Positions 1 to 10,259 of a stretch of DNA of 64,000 nucleotides are shown in pieces (position 1 is the first letter of the stretch; each line of letters starts with the position of its first letter). The stretch spans positions 1-64,000 of IMG/VR virus record IMGVR_UViG_3300029309_000001; one strand, written 5' to 3'. The position numbers and the translations under genes are program-made. The DNA comes from a virus. The notes under the pieces are model-generated. The model saw nothing but the letters and a program-made list of their open reading frames with translations, was not told the DNA's origin and did not search any database.

Positions 1-2
1 CA

Positions 3-377
3 AAAAATAGTAGAAGGTGGACAGGTAAATTTTTTATAGCAAGTAAAACTACTATGAAGTATAGAAAAGATACAGATAGTATTTATAAGAAGCATGCAGC
101 TTCTTTTGCAAAAGAATTTGCTAAATATAAATTACCAGTATATGTTTCTTTTAAATTTATTCGTGGAACACGTCATAAATTTGATCATGTAAATCCATTA
201 CAAACAGTGCAAGATGAAATGGTTAAACATGGTTGGATTGAAGATGACAATGCAAATTTTATTATACCAGTTTTAGAAGATTTTGAGTATGATAAAGAAA
301 GTCCAGGAGTATTAATTAAAATAGAAAAAAGTTATGCGTCTAAAAATAAAAGAAAGGATGCTGATAGCAAACCTTAG
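3..377 (+). CDS. RusA-like Holliday junction resolvase, 5'-truncated by the window edge
   Basis: Frame is open upstream of the ATG at 54 back to position 3 (KNSRRWTGKFFIASKTTM). Contains RusA-type motifs R-H-K-F-D-x-x-N, Q-D-x-M and W-I-E-D-D-N. Confidence 0.65.
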   Translation, partial: KNSRRWTGKFFIASKTTMKYRKDTDSIYKKHAASFAKEFAKYKLPVYVSFKFIRGTRHKFDHVNPLQTVQDEMVKHGWIEDDNANFIIPVLEDFEYDKESPGVLIKIEKSYASKNKRKDADSKP

Positions 378-696
378 AGATTCAAATGTATATAAAGTAA
401 TGATAGATTATTCTGGTGGTGGAGATGATGGTTGTATAGATTATCTAGAAGCTTATGATATTAAAGATAAATCTATTAATACAAATCAAGTTAAAAAAAC
501 TTTAAATGAACTTGATGAATTTTTTTATAAATTATTATCTGATAATATAGAATATGATTGGATCAATAATTCAGGTGGTAATGGAAGTGCTACTTTTTAT
601 GTAAATATATTAGAAGTTGAAATAAATCATTATCAAAATATTCAAGAAAATTATGAATATAAATTTGAAATAAATGGCCCATCCGTTACTACATAG
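334..696 (+). CDS. DUF6878-like hypothetical protein
   Basis: Motif IDYSGGGDDGCID and a later WINNSGGNG; adjacent to a DUF6915-like gene. Confidence 0.55.
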   Translation: MRLKIKERMLIANLRDSNVYKVMIDYSGGGDDGCIDYLEAYDIKDKSINTNQVKKTLNELDEFFYKLLSDNIEYDWINNSGGNGSATFYVNILEVEINHYQNIQENYEYKFEINGPSVTT

Positions 697-1021
697 TAGA
701 TCATCAGTAAGAAAATGGGGTGGAAAATCTGAAGACTATATACATATACATGAATGGTTTGATGAAACTAAAGCATGGTTTGGTAATTCAGCTCATAGAT
801 TATGGAGACATCATTCAGAAGGTATTTTTGAATGTGAACAAAAATTTGGAAAATCATTTGTTAATTCAGATGGTAAAACAGTATATACTAGATACGTAGG
901 TGAACAACATGTTAAAGAAGATTGCAACAATTATATACCAACTGCTAAAGAATGGTTACAAGCAATAACTTCAAAAAAACCACCTATGTGGATGTTAAAA
1001 ACAATTAAAATAGAAGATTAA
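674..1021 (+). CDS. DUF6915-like His-rich protein
   Basis: MAHPLLHSRSSVRKWGG..EDYIHIHEWFDETK...HRLWRHHSEGIF...GEQHVKEDC matches the family pattern as recalled. Confidence 0.7.
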   Translation: MAHPLLHSRSSVRKWGGKSEDYIHIHEWFDETKAWFGNSAHRLWRHHSEGIFECEQKFGKSFVNSDGKTVYTRYVGEQHVKEDCNNYIPTAKEWLQAITSKKPPMWMLKTIKIED

Positions 1022-1023
1022 TT

Positions 1024-1431
1024 ATGAAAGAAAAATTAAAAATGGATTATTCATCATTTCTTAGACTTAAACAAATGCTATCAGGTGGTGAAGAAGATCA
1101 AAATGTTGCTTTAGAAACATTATATAATATGATTGGAGGAGCTAATATGAATAATAGTGAAGTTATATTAACTTTATTAGGTAAATCATTAGCACATAAT
1201 GGTAGATATACATTAATGAATGATGAAAGATTTAAAGGATACTTTTTAGTTGAACCAAATCAATTAGAATGGCAAATTTTATTTCCAATTATTAAAAAAC
1301 ATTTAAAACCAGAAATGGAATTAGAACAAAAAATAATGCGTGATTTAGTTATAAAATTAGTTAAAGATCATTTATTATATGATAACTTTCATAACATTAT
1401 AAGAGATATTAAAATAGAATTAAACATATGA
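1024..1431 (+). CDS. Hypothetical protein
   Basis: Tightly packed ORF, ATGA-type overlap with the next gene. N-terminal helix motif resembles segments of 3874..4950 and 4943..6106. Confidence 0.7.
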   Translation: MKEKLKMDYSSFLRLKQMLSGGEEDQNVALETLYNMIGGANMNNSEVILTLLGKSLAHNGRYTLMNDERFKGYFLVEPNQLEWQILFPIIKKHLKPEMELEQKIMRDLVIKLVKDHLLYDNFHNIIRDIKIELNI

Positions 1432-2594
1432 AAAATCAAATTGTTCAAGATAAGCTTGCAAGAGCAAGTAAAACATTAATATTAGAAGAGCCCTTTTACG
1501 GGCTCTTTCTTATTGGACTTAACAAAGTCTTTAGAACTGATTTACCTACAGCAGGTGTATCTCCAAAAGGTATTGGAGTACAATTAGCAGTAAATCCAGA
1601 ATTTTTTATGAATCTACCTGATAAACATCAAATTGGATTATTAAAACATGAATTGTTACATGTATCTTTTGGACACATGACAATGAAAGATAGATTTCCA
1701 AATCATAAATTATTTAATATTGCAGCAGATATTGAAATTAATCAGTATATAGATCATAACTACTTACCAGAAGGTGGTTTAACATTGGATACATTTAAAG
1801 ATTTACAATTACCTACAAAAGCAGGTACTTCAGTATATTATAAATTACTAGAACAAGCTTGTGAAGATGGTACATGTGATGCATTAAATAATGTTATGCA
1901 ACAAATGGATGGAGATAGCCCATATGATCATAAAACATGGAAAGAATTTGATGATCTATCAGAAGCTGATAAGAAGCTTGTACAAAAACAAGTTGAACAT
2001 CAACTTAAAGAAACTGCAGAACAAACTGAAAAAAGACGTGGTAGTATACCAGGTGAATTAGCAGGTTTAATTAATAGACTTACACATGTTGAACCACCAT
2101 CATTTGATTGGAAAGGTTATTTAAAAAGATTTGTTGGTAATTCTACTGTTTCTTACACAAAAAAATTGAGACGTAAATTTAATAAAAGATATTCAGGTAA
2201 CCCTGGTCTTAAAATTAAATTTAAAAATCATATTTGTGTTGGTGTTGACACAAGTGGATCAGTATCTAATAGTGAACTAAAAGAATTTATGAATGAACTT
2301 GTGCATATGCATAAAACAGGTCATAAAATTACAGTTGTACAATGTGATACACAAATCAACTCTATAGAAGAATTCAATCCAAGAAGAGATTGGGAAATTA
2401 AAGGTAGAGGTGGTACAGAGTTTCAACCTGTTATAGATCATTATAATGATATAGGTAAATATACTGCCTTAATATATTTAACAGACGGTGAGTGTTATCC
2501 ACCTGAAGATTGCCCAAGAAATGCATTATGGGTACATAGTAGTAACTGTCAGATAAATGAAGATTTACCAGGACAAAAAATACAAATTAATTAA
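1428..2594 (+). CDS. Metallopeptidase plus vWA domain protein (DUF2201-like)
   Basis: HELLH zincin motif, NIAADIEIN, vWA MIDAS VDTSGS, GRGGTEF and IYLTDG. Confidence 0.9.
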   Translation: MKNQIVQDKLARASKTLILEEPFYGLFLIGLNKVFRTDLPTAGVSPKGIGVQLAVNPEFFMNLPDKHQIGLLKHELLHVSFGHMTMKDRFPNHKLFNIAADIEINQYIDHNYLPEGGLTLDTFKDLQLPTKAGTSVYYKLLEQACEDGTCDALNNVMQQMDGDSPYDHKTWKEFDDLSEADKKLVQKQVEHQLKETAEQTEKRRGSIPGELAGLINRLTHVEPPSFDWKGYLKRFVGNSTVSYTKKLRRKFNKRYSGNPGLKIKFKNHICVGVDTSGSVSNSELKEFMNELVHMHKTGHKITVVQCDTQINSIEEFNPRRDWEIKGRGGTEFQPVIDHYNDIGKYTALIYLTDGECYPPEDCPRNALWVHSSNCQINEDLPGQKIQIN

Positions 2595-2611
2595 TTAAAA
2601 TAAAAAAACAA

Positions 2612-3874
2612 ATGGCTCAAGTAAATTTAAACATTGATGAAGTAAAAGGTTTTGTAAATCACATAATTGCAAACAACAGATTTCTACAAGAAAATGGTAA
2701 AAAACCAGTAGCAATAGAAATTGTAGGTGAATCAGGTATTGGTAAAACAACATCTGTAGTACAATTAGCTAAAGAACATAAATTAAATTTTGTTAAGTTA
2801 AACTTAGCACAGATAGAAGAGTTGGGTGACCTTGTAGGTTTTCCAGTTAGACAGTTCCAAATGTTTAGAGAAAAAAAAGTAGCACAAAAGATTGATGATC
2901 TTAATTACACTGCTGCACAAAAGGCTGCAGCCTCTGCACAAGTTAGTAATGCTACTATAACTAAAAAAGTTGGACAATGGGTTGATGAACTTGCAGTAGA
3001 AGAATATCTCAAACAAGGTTGGAAAATGACAGGTAAGAATAGAATGTCTTATTGTGCACCAGAATGGATTGCAGATAAAAAAGATGGAGGTATACTTCTT
3101 CTTGATGACTGGAATCGTGCAGATATGAGATTTATTCAAGCTGTTATGGAATTAGTTGACCGTCAGCAATATATTTCTTGGTCTTTACCAAAAGATTGGC
3201 ATATTATATTAACTAGTAATCCAGACAATGGTGACTATATGGTTAATAGTATTGACTCAGCACAAAAAACTCGTTACATTACTGCAAACTTAAAGTTTGA
3301 TGTAGATGTATGGGCACGGTGGGCAGAAGAAGAAGGTATAGATACACGTTGTATTAACTTCTTATTGATGCACCCTGAACTTGTAACACAAGAAACCAAT
3401 GCTAGGTCTATTACAACTTTCTTTAATGCTATATCTAGCTTTGATAATTTTGAGTCACAACTATCTATGGTTCAAATGATTGGTGAAGGTAGTGTAGGTG
3501 ATGAATTTGCATCTATGTTTACTACATTTATTAATAATAAATTAGATAAACTTGTAACACCAAAAGATTTATTAACACATGATAATGAACAATATATTCT
3601 TGGTGAACTTGGTGGTTGTGTAGGTACAGGAGATGCATATAGAGCAGATATTGCTTCAACTCTTGCTACAAGATTAGCAAACTATGCTGTAGTTTATTCT
3701 AAAGATAATACTATAACACAAAAAATTACTGATAGATTAATTGCACTATGTACTAAAGAGTATTTTACTAATGATCTTAAGTATTTAGTTATTAGAACTA
3801 TCTTTAATGGTAATAAGCAGAAGTTTAACAAACTCATGATGAATCCTGAAATCATGAAAATGACTGTAAAATAA
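2612..3874 (+). CDS. MoxR-type AAA+ ATPase
   Basis: Walker A GESGIGKT, LGDLVGFP, Walker B LLLDDWNR, sensor TSNP; adjacent to the vWA gene. Confidence 0.9.
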   Translation: MAQVNLNIDEVKGFVNHIIANNRFLQENGKKPVAIEIVGESGIGKTTSVVQLAKEHKLNFVKLNLAQIEELGDLVGFPVRQFQMFREKKVAQKIDDLNYTAAQKAAASAQVSNATITKKVGQWVDELAVEEYLKQGWKMTGKNRMSYCAPEWIADKKDGGILLLDDWNRADMRFIQAVMELVDRQQYISWSLPKDWHIILTSNPDNGDYMVNSIDSAQKTRYITANLKFDVDVWARWAEEEGIDTRCINFLLMHPELVTQETNARSITTFFNAISSFDNFESQLSMVQMIGEGSVGDEFASMFTTFINNKLDKLVTPKDLLTHDNEQYILGELGGCVGTGDAYRADIASTLATRLANYAVVYSKDNTITQKITDRLIALCTKEYFTNDLKYLVIRTIFNGNKQKFNKLMMNPEIMKMTVK

Positions 3875-4950
3875 TGGCAACAAAAAATGTATATCAAAAA
3901 CATTTAGATGATGCAATTGCACATTTTAATATTAGCTGTGATCCTTATGGGATCATGGCTAATGGTGCAAACGGCACTATAGAAACTGTATATGTAGATG
4001 AATCACATTGTACTTTTAATAAACTATTAGAAATATTATCTGATAATTCTGATGAATCTCAAGCACCTGATTTAACAAAAATGAAAAAAGCATTTGTATT
4101 ACCAAATGCAGATTTATCTTTAGATAGAATCAAAGCTGCTTTAAAAGAACATAAAATTACAGTGACAAATGATTATACACAAGCAGATTTATTTATAACT
4201 AATGATAATCTAAAAAAAAATTTTGATAATTGTGAGACAATTCAAAATAGAATTATGTTTCCTAAATTATGGAACTATGATGCTGTAGAAGATGGATCAA
4301 GCATAATTACAAACTATACACAAAATCCTGATAACATGAGGAATGGTGAATATGCTAGAGTAATTATAGATGGTAAACTAGATGATTGGACAAGGCGTAA
4401 TTGGACTGAAGAACATTCTTTACCAGTAGATTCTTGGTTATTAACAGGTCTTGCAGTAAATTCTGCATATCATGTTGAACAAGGATTAGCTGAAGTATGG
4501 GATGTTGAGAAAATTATGAATCAATCTGCTAATAAAGTTGAATTAACAGTACAATTAATAAAAGATTTAAAATCATTATCATCTAGTTATAATGATGATG
4601 ATACTGCTATGGTAAAAGCAATATTACCTACTATAAAGTATACTGAAAATTATCATTTACTTTGGGAATTATCTCAAAGAATAGGTAGTAGCTTATATAA
4701 ATATTCTAGTAGAAATAAAGATGTCCAATTTTGGATAAATGTTTCTGAAATAGAAGATTTTTATCATAAAAATGCTTTAGAAATGATTAATTGGTTAGAA
4801 AAAAAGGAAAAACTTGACAATAAAAGTTTTAAATATTTAGAATCTATTGTTAGAAAAGAAATAAGAATAGAAAATAGAGATTTATATACTTTTAAAGTCC
4901 AATTAAAACCTGAGTATAGAAAATATTTAAAACAAAAAACAAATGAATAA
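3874..4950 (+). CDS. Hypothetical protein with a BRCT-like segment
   Basis: KKAFVLPNADLSLDRIKAALKEHKITVTNDYTQADLFIT fits a BRCT-like pattern; TAATG coupling to the ATPase gene. Confidence 0.6.
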   Translation: MATKNVYQKHLDDAIAHFNISCDPYGIMANGANGTIETVYVDESHCTFNKLLEILSDNSDESQAPDLTKMKKAFVLPNADLSLDRIKAALKEHKITVTNDYTQADLFITNDNLKKNFDNCETIQNRIMFPKLWNYDAVEDGSSIITNYTQNPDNMRNGEYARVIIDGKLDDWTRRNWTEEHSLPVDSWLLTGLAVNSAYHVEQGLAEVWDVEKIMNQSANKVELTVQLIKDLKSLSSSYNDDDTAMVKAILPTIKYTENYHLLWELSQRIGSSLYKYSSRNKDVQFWINVSEIEDFYHKNALEMINWLEKKEKLDNKSFKYLESIVRKEIRIENRDLYTFKVQLKPEYRKYLKQKTNE

Positions 4951-6106
4951 AATAATTAAATTAAGTTTTAGAACTCCTGATGGAAAAACATCTCCTGTAG
5001 AACATTTTGATGCAAATCAATTGGGTTATTATATAGGATCATCATCACGTTGGAATGATCGTAATACACAAATCATGAAACAATTAGATGATTCAACAAA
5101 TAAAAATAATTTAGATAATATAGATAATCAAACATTTTATAGATGTAAAAAATTATCTTTACCTAGAGAAAAAATGAATTCTATTTGTGAAAAATATAAT
5201 GCTAAAGTTATTAGAGATATAAATGCAGCTGATAGAATAATTATAAGTAGAAAATATCTTGAATTTATAACTAAAAATATATGGAGTAATGTTATATATG
5301 GGGCTGATTTATTAAGTATCATTGATCTTATTAATAAAACAAAACCAAATACTTTTAGTGATGCTTTAAAAATTAAACTTAATAATTTAGAAGCTGATGT
5401 TTATTATATAATGAATGTGCCTTATGGTTATTATAATGAAAGTGATTCTATAGAAATATTTCATAAAGCTCTTAAAAAAGGTTATAACTCAAAAGGTTAT
5501 CATTGTTATATAGAAACTGATGATAAAGAAATGACAGATACACTTTTATCTAATCAATCTAAACTAGTTTGGGATACTGCTTTAGCAGAAAAAGCTACAG
5601 AAGATTCTTTAATTATTAATACTGAAATATATGAAAGACTATGTCAAATGTTTAAAGGTAATGATAAAGAAAATTATACACTAGGTTTAGAAATGATGGC
5701 TAATTGTAATTTTGAAAAATCTAAAGGTTTTTTAGCATTATTATTTTTTAGATTTACTGAAAGTCAATTTAAAAGTGTTAAATCTTGGAATCATGTTAAT
5801 GTAAAAGCAATGAGACAAAAGTTTGAAAAATATAATTTATCTTATGCTAGACATAATGCATCACCATATGATCAGTTTATAAAACATTTAGCTAAAGATA
5901 AAGGTTTAACAACTTTTGTTATGGAAGCTATGCTTGATACTGTATATGAAAATGTAGTTGAAAGTACTTTTGGTCTTAGTGCAGATACTGTATTTGAATT
6001 TACAAGATCTAATTTAAAATTAAAAGCAGAGTATGCTAAAAAATGTATAGATAAAAACATTGGAGAAGTATTACTCAAAGAAGCAATAGATGATTTACCA
6101 TTTTAA
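4943..6106 (+). CDS. Hypothetical protein with a BRCT-like segment, apparent paralog of 3874..4950
   Basis: QTFYRCKKLSLPREKMNSICEKYNAKVIRDINAADRIII; C-terminal YERLCQMFKGNDKENYTLGLEMMANCN. Confidence 0.6.
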   Translation: MNKIIKLSFRTPDGKTSPVEHFDANQLGYYIGSSSRWNDRNTQIMKQLDDSTNKNNLDNIDNQTFYRCKKLSLPREKMNSICEKYNAKVIRDINAADRIIISRKYLEFITKNIWSNVIYGADLLSIIDLINKTKPNTFSDALKIKLNNLEADVYYIMNVPYGYYNESDSIEIFHKALKKGYNSKGYHCYIETDDKEMTDTLLSNQSKLVWDTALAEKATEDSLIINTEIYERLCQMFKGNDKENYTLGLEMMANCNFEKSKGFLALLFFRFTESQFKSVKSWNHVNVKAMRQKFEKYNLSYARHNASPYDQFIKHLAKDKGLTTFVMEAMLDTVYENVVESTFGLSADTVFEFTRSNLKLKAEYAKKCIDKNIGEVLLKEAIDDLPF

Positions 6107-6108
6107 TT

Positions 6109-7092
6109 ATGAAAATAGATAAACAAAAAGAAAAAGAATTTATGGATTCTAAGTTTAACTTTAGTTATTCTTCAATGAATAGACTATTGTTTTCACCTAG
6201 AATCTTTTATAAAGAATATATCTTAAAAGAAAAAGAAGTTAAGATGGACAAACATTTAGTTGAAGGGAGAGTTATACATACTCTCCTTCTTCAACCAGAT
6301 GACTTTGATAATATGTTTACAGTATTACCTAGTAAAGTGCCATCTGATGCTGTTAGACGCGTTTTAAATGAGCTTAAACAATATCCTAAAAATAATTTAA
6401 ATGATTTAGACTCAGAGATTATAACAGCTTTACAAAATCAAAATCTTTATCAATCTTTTAAAGATGATAATAAAAGACTTGCTAAAATTCAAACATCTGA
6501 AAATGAAGAATATTTTAAATTTTTACTTGAAAGTAATAAAGATATTATAGATCAAGATACACTAGAACGTTGTAAAAACCGTGTTGAAATGTTAAAAGAT
6601 AATGCAAATATAATGTCTTTATTTACTCATGAAGTAACAGATTTTGAAATGGATAGTTTAGAAGTATACAATGAGAAAAAGTTAGATTGTAAACTTACTA
6701 AATATAATTTTGGATTAAAAGGTATTGTTGATAGATATGTTATTGATCATGAGACAAAAACAATTACTATAATTGACCTTAAAACTTCAGGTAAAAGTCT
6801 TATGGATTTTCCAGAAACTGTTGATTTTTATAAATACTGGTTACAAGCAGCAATTTATGTTATTCTTGTTGGAAAAAATGTTGATGAAAAAGTTGCACAA
6901 ACGTATAATATTTCTTTTAAATTTGTAGTTATAGACAAATATGATCAAACTTATGCATTTGATGTAAGTAATAATACATTGAATCAATGGACGGATAATT
7001 TGCATAAACTATTAGAAATTGTTAACTTTCATTATACAAAGTGTAGATATGATTTACCTTATGAGTTTATAACTAGATCAGTAACACTTTAA
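6109..7092 (+). CDS. PD-(D/E)xK exonuclease (RecB/Cas4-like superfamily)
   Basis: FSYSS, GRVIH, KGIVD...IIDLKT and YWLQAAIY motifs. Confidence 0.85.
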   Translation: MKIDKQKEKEFMDSKFNFSYSSMNRLLFSPRIFYKEYILKEKEVKMDKHLVEGRVIHTLLLQPDDFDNMFTVLPSKVPSDAVRRVLNELKQYPKNNLNDLDSEIITALQNQNLYQSFKDDNKRLAKIQTSENEEYFKFLLESNKDIIDQDTLERCKNRVEMLKDNANIMSLFTHEVTDFEMDSLEVYNEKKLDCKLTKYNFGLKGIVDRYVIDHETKTITIIDLKTSGKSLMDFPETVDFYKYWLQAAIYVILVGKNVDEKVAQTYNISFKFVVIDKYDQTYAFDVSNNTLNQWTDNLHKLLEIVNFHYTKCRYDLPYEFITRSVTL

Positions 7093-7096
7093 TCTA

Positions 7097-7753
7097 ATGG
7101 AATTTAGTTTTGACTTTAGTCCAGAAGATATAAAAAAATTGATAATAAAAAACAAAAAGCATTTGAATAGTATATATAAAGAATATTTTCAAAAAAGCAA
7201 GGTGTTTCTTTACCCTTTTCTAAATATAAAGAAAGGGGTAAAGTTTGTACCTAATAATACATATATGTCTTGGGACAATGTGTATAAAACAGAAGATTAT
7301 CAATTTATATGTGTTTACAAAGTTACACCTAAACAAATAGAAAAATTTAGAGACTTTGAACTATTAATATTAAAATCTAATAGATTATTTAGACATAGTA
7401 TTTATATAGAAAATAAATCTATTACTACAATTATTGTTACTTTTGATTTTTCTAGATATAAACCTGATGTAAATAGAATTGCTAAAGGTAAATATTCACA
7501 GTTATCAAAAGGAGGTAAAGAAACAATCTTGGATTTCTTTGGAGACAAAGGAACTATTGCAGAATATATAGAAAGTTTTTTATTTCCTGAATATTGGCAT
7601 GAAGATTATGCTAATTTACTTAATGTTAACTTAAATATTATACAGGATGTATATGAATTATGTGATAAACCAAATCTAGAAAAAGAATGTTTAATATTTA
7701 ATTCAACTGAGATACAATTATTTAAACAAAATATTATATCTTTGCAGAGTTAA
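7097..7753 (+). CDS. Hypothetical protein
   Basis: 218-aa ORF in the operon; no motif recognised. Confidence 0.7.
   Translation: MEFSFDFSPEDIKKLIIKNKKHLNSIYKEYFQKSKVFLYPFLNIKKGVKFVPNNTYMSWDNVYKTEDYQFICVYKVTPKQIEKFRDFELLILKSNRLFRHSIYIENKSITTIIVTFDFSRYKPDVNRIAKGKYSQLSKGGKETILDFFGDKGTIAEYIESFLFPEYWHEDYANLLNVNLNIIQDVYELCDKPNLEKECLIFNSTEIQLFKQNIISLQS
7737..7744 (+). promoter_or_regulatory. Possible Bacteroidota sigma70 -7 element
   Basis: TATCTTTG fits TAnnTTTG, 26 nt upstream of the ATG at 7771; no clear -33 TTTG. Confidence 0.45.
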
Positions 7754-7770
7754 CAAAATTAAATTTAATT

Positions 7771-8247
7771 ATGGCAAAAAAAGTAAAAACCACAGAATTA
7801 AAAGTGGACAAAAGTATGATGTTAATTACATCTAATTGGGGGCCTTACAAATCATTTAAGGCTATTCCAGTCACTGATGCTTGTCCTTATATGGAAGCAA
7901 TCTTTGATCCAAGTAGTAAAATACTTGCAGTAATTTCAAAACATTCAAAACAATCATATCATATGCTACCAAAGCTTGATGATAATGGTGATCCAATGAA
8001 ATTAAAAATTTCAAAACGTGAGAATGGTAAAGATTACAGAGAAGAGAGAAGATTAATAGAAACATATGCTGAATATTATGTTTCTGAAAGAGAAGAGATT
8101 GAATCTTTTCTTAAAGGGTTCTGTTTAAATGCTGATTCATATGATTATACACAGTATTTAGATGTAGAACTTAATAACCAAATAAATGCAGCAGACCCTG
8201 CAGGAGATCCTATTATGGAAGCTGCTAATTTAAAAGTTATGAAATAA
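7771..8247 (+). CDS. Hypothetical protein
   Basis: 158-aa ORF with an AT-rich leader, followed by a terminator. Confidence 0.75.
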   Translation: MAKKVKTTELKVDKSMMLITSNWGPYKSFKAIPVTDACPYMEAIFDPSSKILAVISKHSKQSYHMLPKLDDNGDPMKLKISKRENGKDYREERRLIETYAEYYVSEREEIESFLKGFCLNADSYDYTQYLDVELNNQINAADPAGDPIMEAANLKVMK

Positions 8248-8266
8248 AATATATTTAAAATTAAAG

Positions 8267-8292
8267 AAAAGGGACTTTGTGTCCCTTTTTTT
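8267..8292 (+). terminator. Intrinsic terminator, possibly bidirectional
   Basis: AAAAGGGAC-TTTGT-GTCCC followed by T7. Confidence 0.85.
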
Positions 8293-8316
8293 GTCTCTAT
8301 ATATAAATTAATTAAT

Positions 8317-10227
8317 ATGAATCACTGGATAATGGATTATGAGACTTTAAATAATTGTTTTGTAGCAGTATTTAAACATTACAAAAGTGAGGAAACACAT
8401 ATTTTCTCTATTTGTAAATTACAAAATGATTATAATAAGTTTATAGATTTTCTAAAACAAAATATAGATAACAATGAGTGGCACATATCCTATAATGGAT
8501 TAGCATTTGATGCACAAGTGACCCACAATATAATAAAAAACCATAAAGAAGGTAACCATGATAAAATGGATGGAGAAACAATTGCTGAAGAAATATATGG
8601 TTATGCACAAAGAGCAATTAATAAAGCTAATGCTAAAGAATTTCAAGATTTTCCTGAGTGGCAAATGAGTATTAAACAAATTGATTTATTTAAACTTAAT
8701 CACTGGGACAATCCAGCTAAACGTTCTAGCCTTAAGTGGATTGAATATACAATGGATTGGGATAATATATTAGATATGCCTATTCATCATGATACTAGTA
8801 TAGATACAAAAGAACAACTTGATCTTATAATAGAATATTGTATTAATGATGTTGATGCAACAAAAGAAATATTTGAAAAATGTAAACCATTAATTGCTTT
8901 AAGAAAAAATCTTACTGAACAATATAATATTAATCTTTATAGTGCATCTGAACCAAGGATTAGTAAAGAGTTATTTGCTTATTACCTTAGTAAAGAACTT
9001 AATATACCTAAGTATGATCTTAAAAAACTTAGAACATATAGAAGTATAATTACAATTAAAGATTTAATACTTGATTATATTAAGTTTGAGACACCTCAAT
9101 TTACTAATCTTTTAGATAGATTTAAAGCAGTAGAATTAGACCCTCTTTATACTAAAGGTGGATTTAAATATTCTGTTAAGTATAAAGGTGTTAAAACTGA
9201 TTTTGGTTTAGGTGGTGCACACGGTGCAGCTAGACCAGGTGTATATGAATCTGATGAAGATAATGTTATAATGTCTTCTGATGTTACATCTTTTTATCCT
9301 AATCTTGCTATTATGAATAAGATTGCACCTGCACATTTAGACAAGAAAGCATTTTGTGAACTATACGAATGGTTCTTTACAGAAAGAAAAAAAATTCCTA
9401 AGAGTAATCCTATGAACTATGTATATAAAATTATACTTAATAGTACATATGGTCTTAGTAATGATAAAAACTCTTTTCTATATGATCCACAATTTACTAT
9501 GTTTATTACTGTTAATGGTCAACTTACACTGATGATGCTTTATGAAATGATCATGGAAGCAATACCAGAAGCAACACCTTTAATGCAAAATACAGATGGT
9601 GTTGAGACAATAATACCTAGATCTAAACAAGATTTATATATGGAAGTATGTAAAAAGTGGGAGGAGATTACTAATTTAAATCTAGAACACGGTACATATT
9701 CTAAACTTGTTCTTGCTGATGTTAATAATTATATTGCAGTAGATGAAAATGGTAAAGCTAAATGTAAAGGACGGTTTGAGTTTGAAGGATTAGCTCTTCA
9801 TAAAAACAAATCTAAACTAATTATTCCAAAAGCCTTATATGCTTACTTTGTTGATGGAACTTTACCAGAGTATAGTATTAAACATAATAGAAATATATTA
9901 GATTATTGTATTGGAGGTAAATCTAAAGGTAATTGGAAACAAGTAGCTAGATATATTAAAGATGGTAGTGGACATGAAGACGAACTACAAAAAATCAATA
10001 GATATTATATATCAAATAATGGTGTAAAGCTAATTAAAGTAAATAAAAATGATGGGCGTCAAATACAACTAGAAGCTGGTCATTGGATGCAAACACTTTA
10101 TAATAAAGCAGAACCACGGGAATGGGCTTCTTATGATATTAATGAAAAATATTATCTAGATGCCATTGAGAGAGAAATAAATAACATTTTAGGTGTAAAA
10201 ACTAACCAAATGAGTTTGTTTCAGTAA
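8317..10227 (+). CDS. polB: Family B DNA polymerase (crAss-like)
   Basis: Exonuclease motifs DYE, YNGLAFD and YCINDV; polymerase motifs DVTSFYPN, KIILNSTYG and NTDG. Confidence 0.92.
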   Translation: MNHWIMDYETLNNCFVAVFKHYKSEETHIFSICKLQNDYNKFIDFLKQNIDNNEWHISYNGLAFDAQVTHNIIKNHKEGNHDKMDGETIAEEIYGYAQRAINKANAKEFQDFPEWQMSIKQIDLFKLNHWDNPAKRSSLKWIEYTMDWDNILDMPIHHDTSIDTKEQLDLIIEYCINDVDATKEIFEKCKPLIALRKNLTEQYNINLYSASEPRISKELFAYYLSKELNIPKYDLKKLRTYRSIITIKDLILDYIKFETPQFTNLLDRFKAVELDPLYTKGGFKYSVKYKGVKTDFGLGGAHGAARPGVYESDEDNVIMSSDVTSFYPNLAIMNKIAPAHLDKKAFCELYEWFFTERKKIPKSNPMNYVYKIILNSTYGLSNDKNSFLYDPQFTMFITVNGQLTLMMLYEMIMEAIPEATPLMQNTDGVETIIPRSKQDLYMEVCKKWEEITNLNLEHGTYSKLVLADVNNYIAVDENGKAKCKGRFEFEGLALHKNKSKLIIPKALYAYFVDGTLPEYSIKHNRNILDYCIGGKSKGNWKQVARYIKDGSGHEDELQKINRYYISNNGVKLIKVNKNDGRQIQLEAGHWMQTLYNKAEPREWASYDINEKYYLDAIEREINNILGVKTNQMSLFQ

Positions 10228-10245
10228 AATTAATTTATATATTTG
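10215..10245 (+). promoter_or_regulatory. Bacteroidota housekeeping promoter (-33/-7)
   Basis: TTTG at 10215-10218, 19-nt spacer, TATATTTG at 10238-10245; ATG at 10260. Confidence 0.7.
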
Positions 10246-10259
10246 TAAAAAATTAAGAT

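Noticed and set aside
6109-7092. Cas4-like nuclease suggesting a CRISPR system
   Set aside because: No repeat-spacer array or other cas genes were seen; stand-alone PD-(D/E)xK nucleases are routine in phage replication modules.
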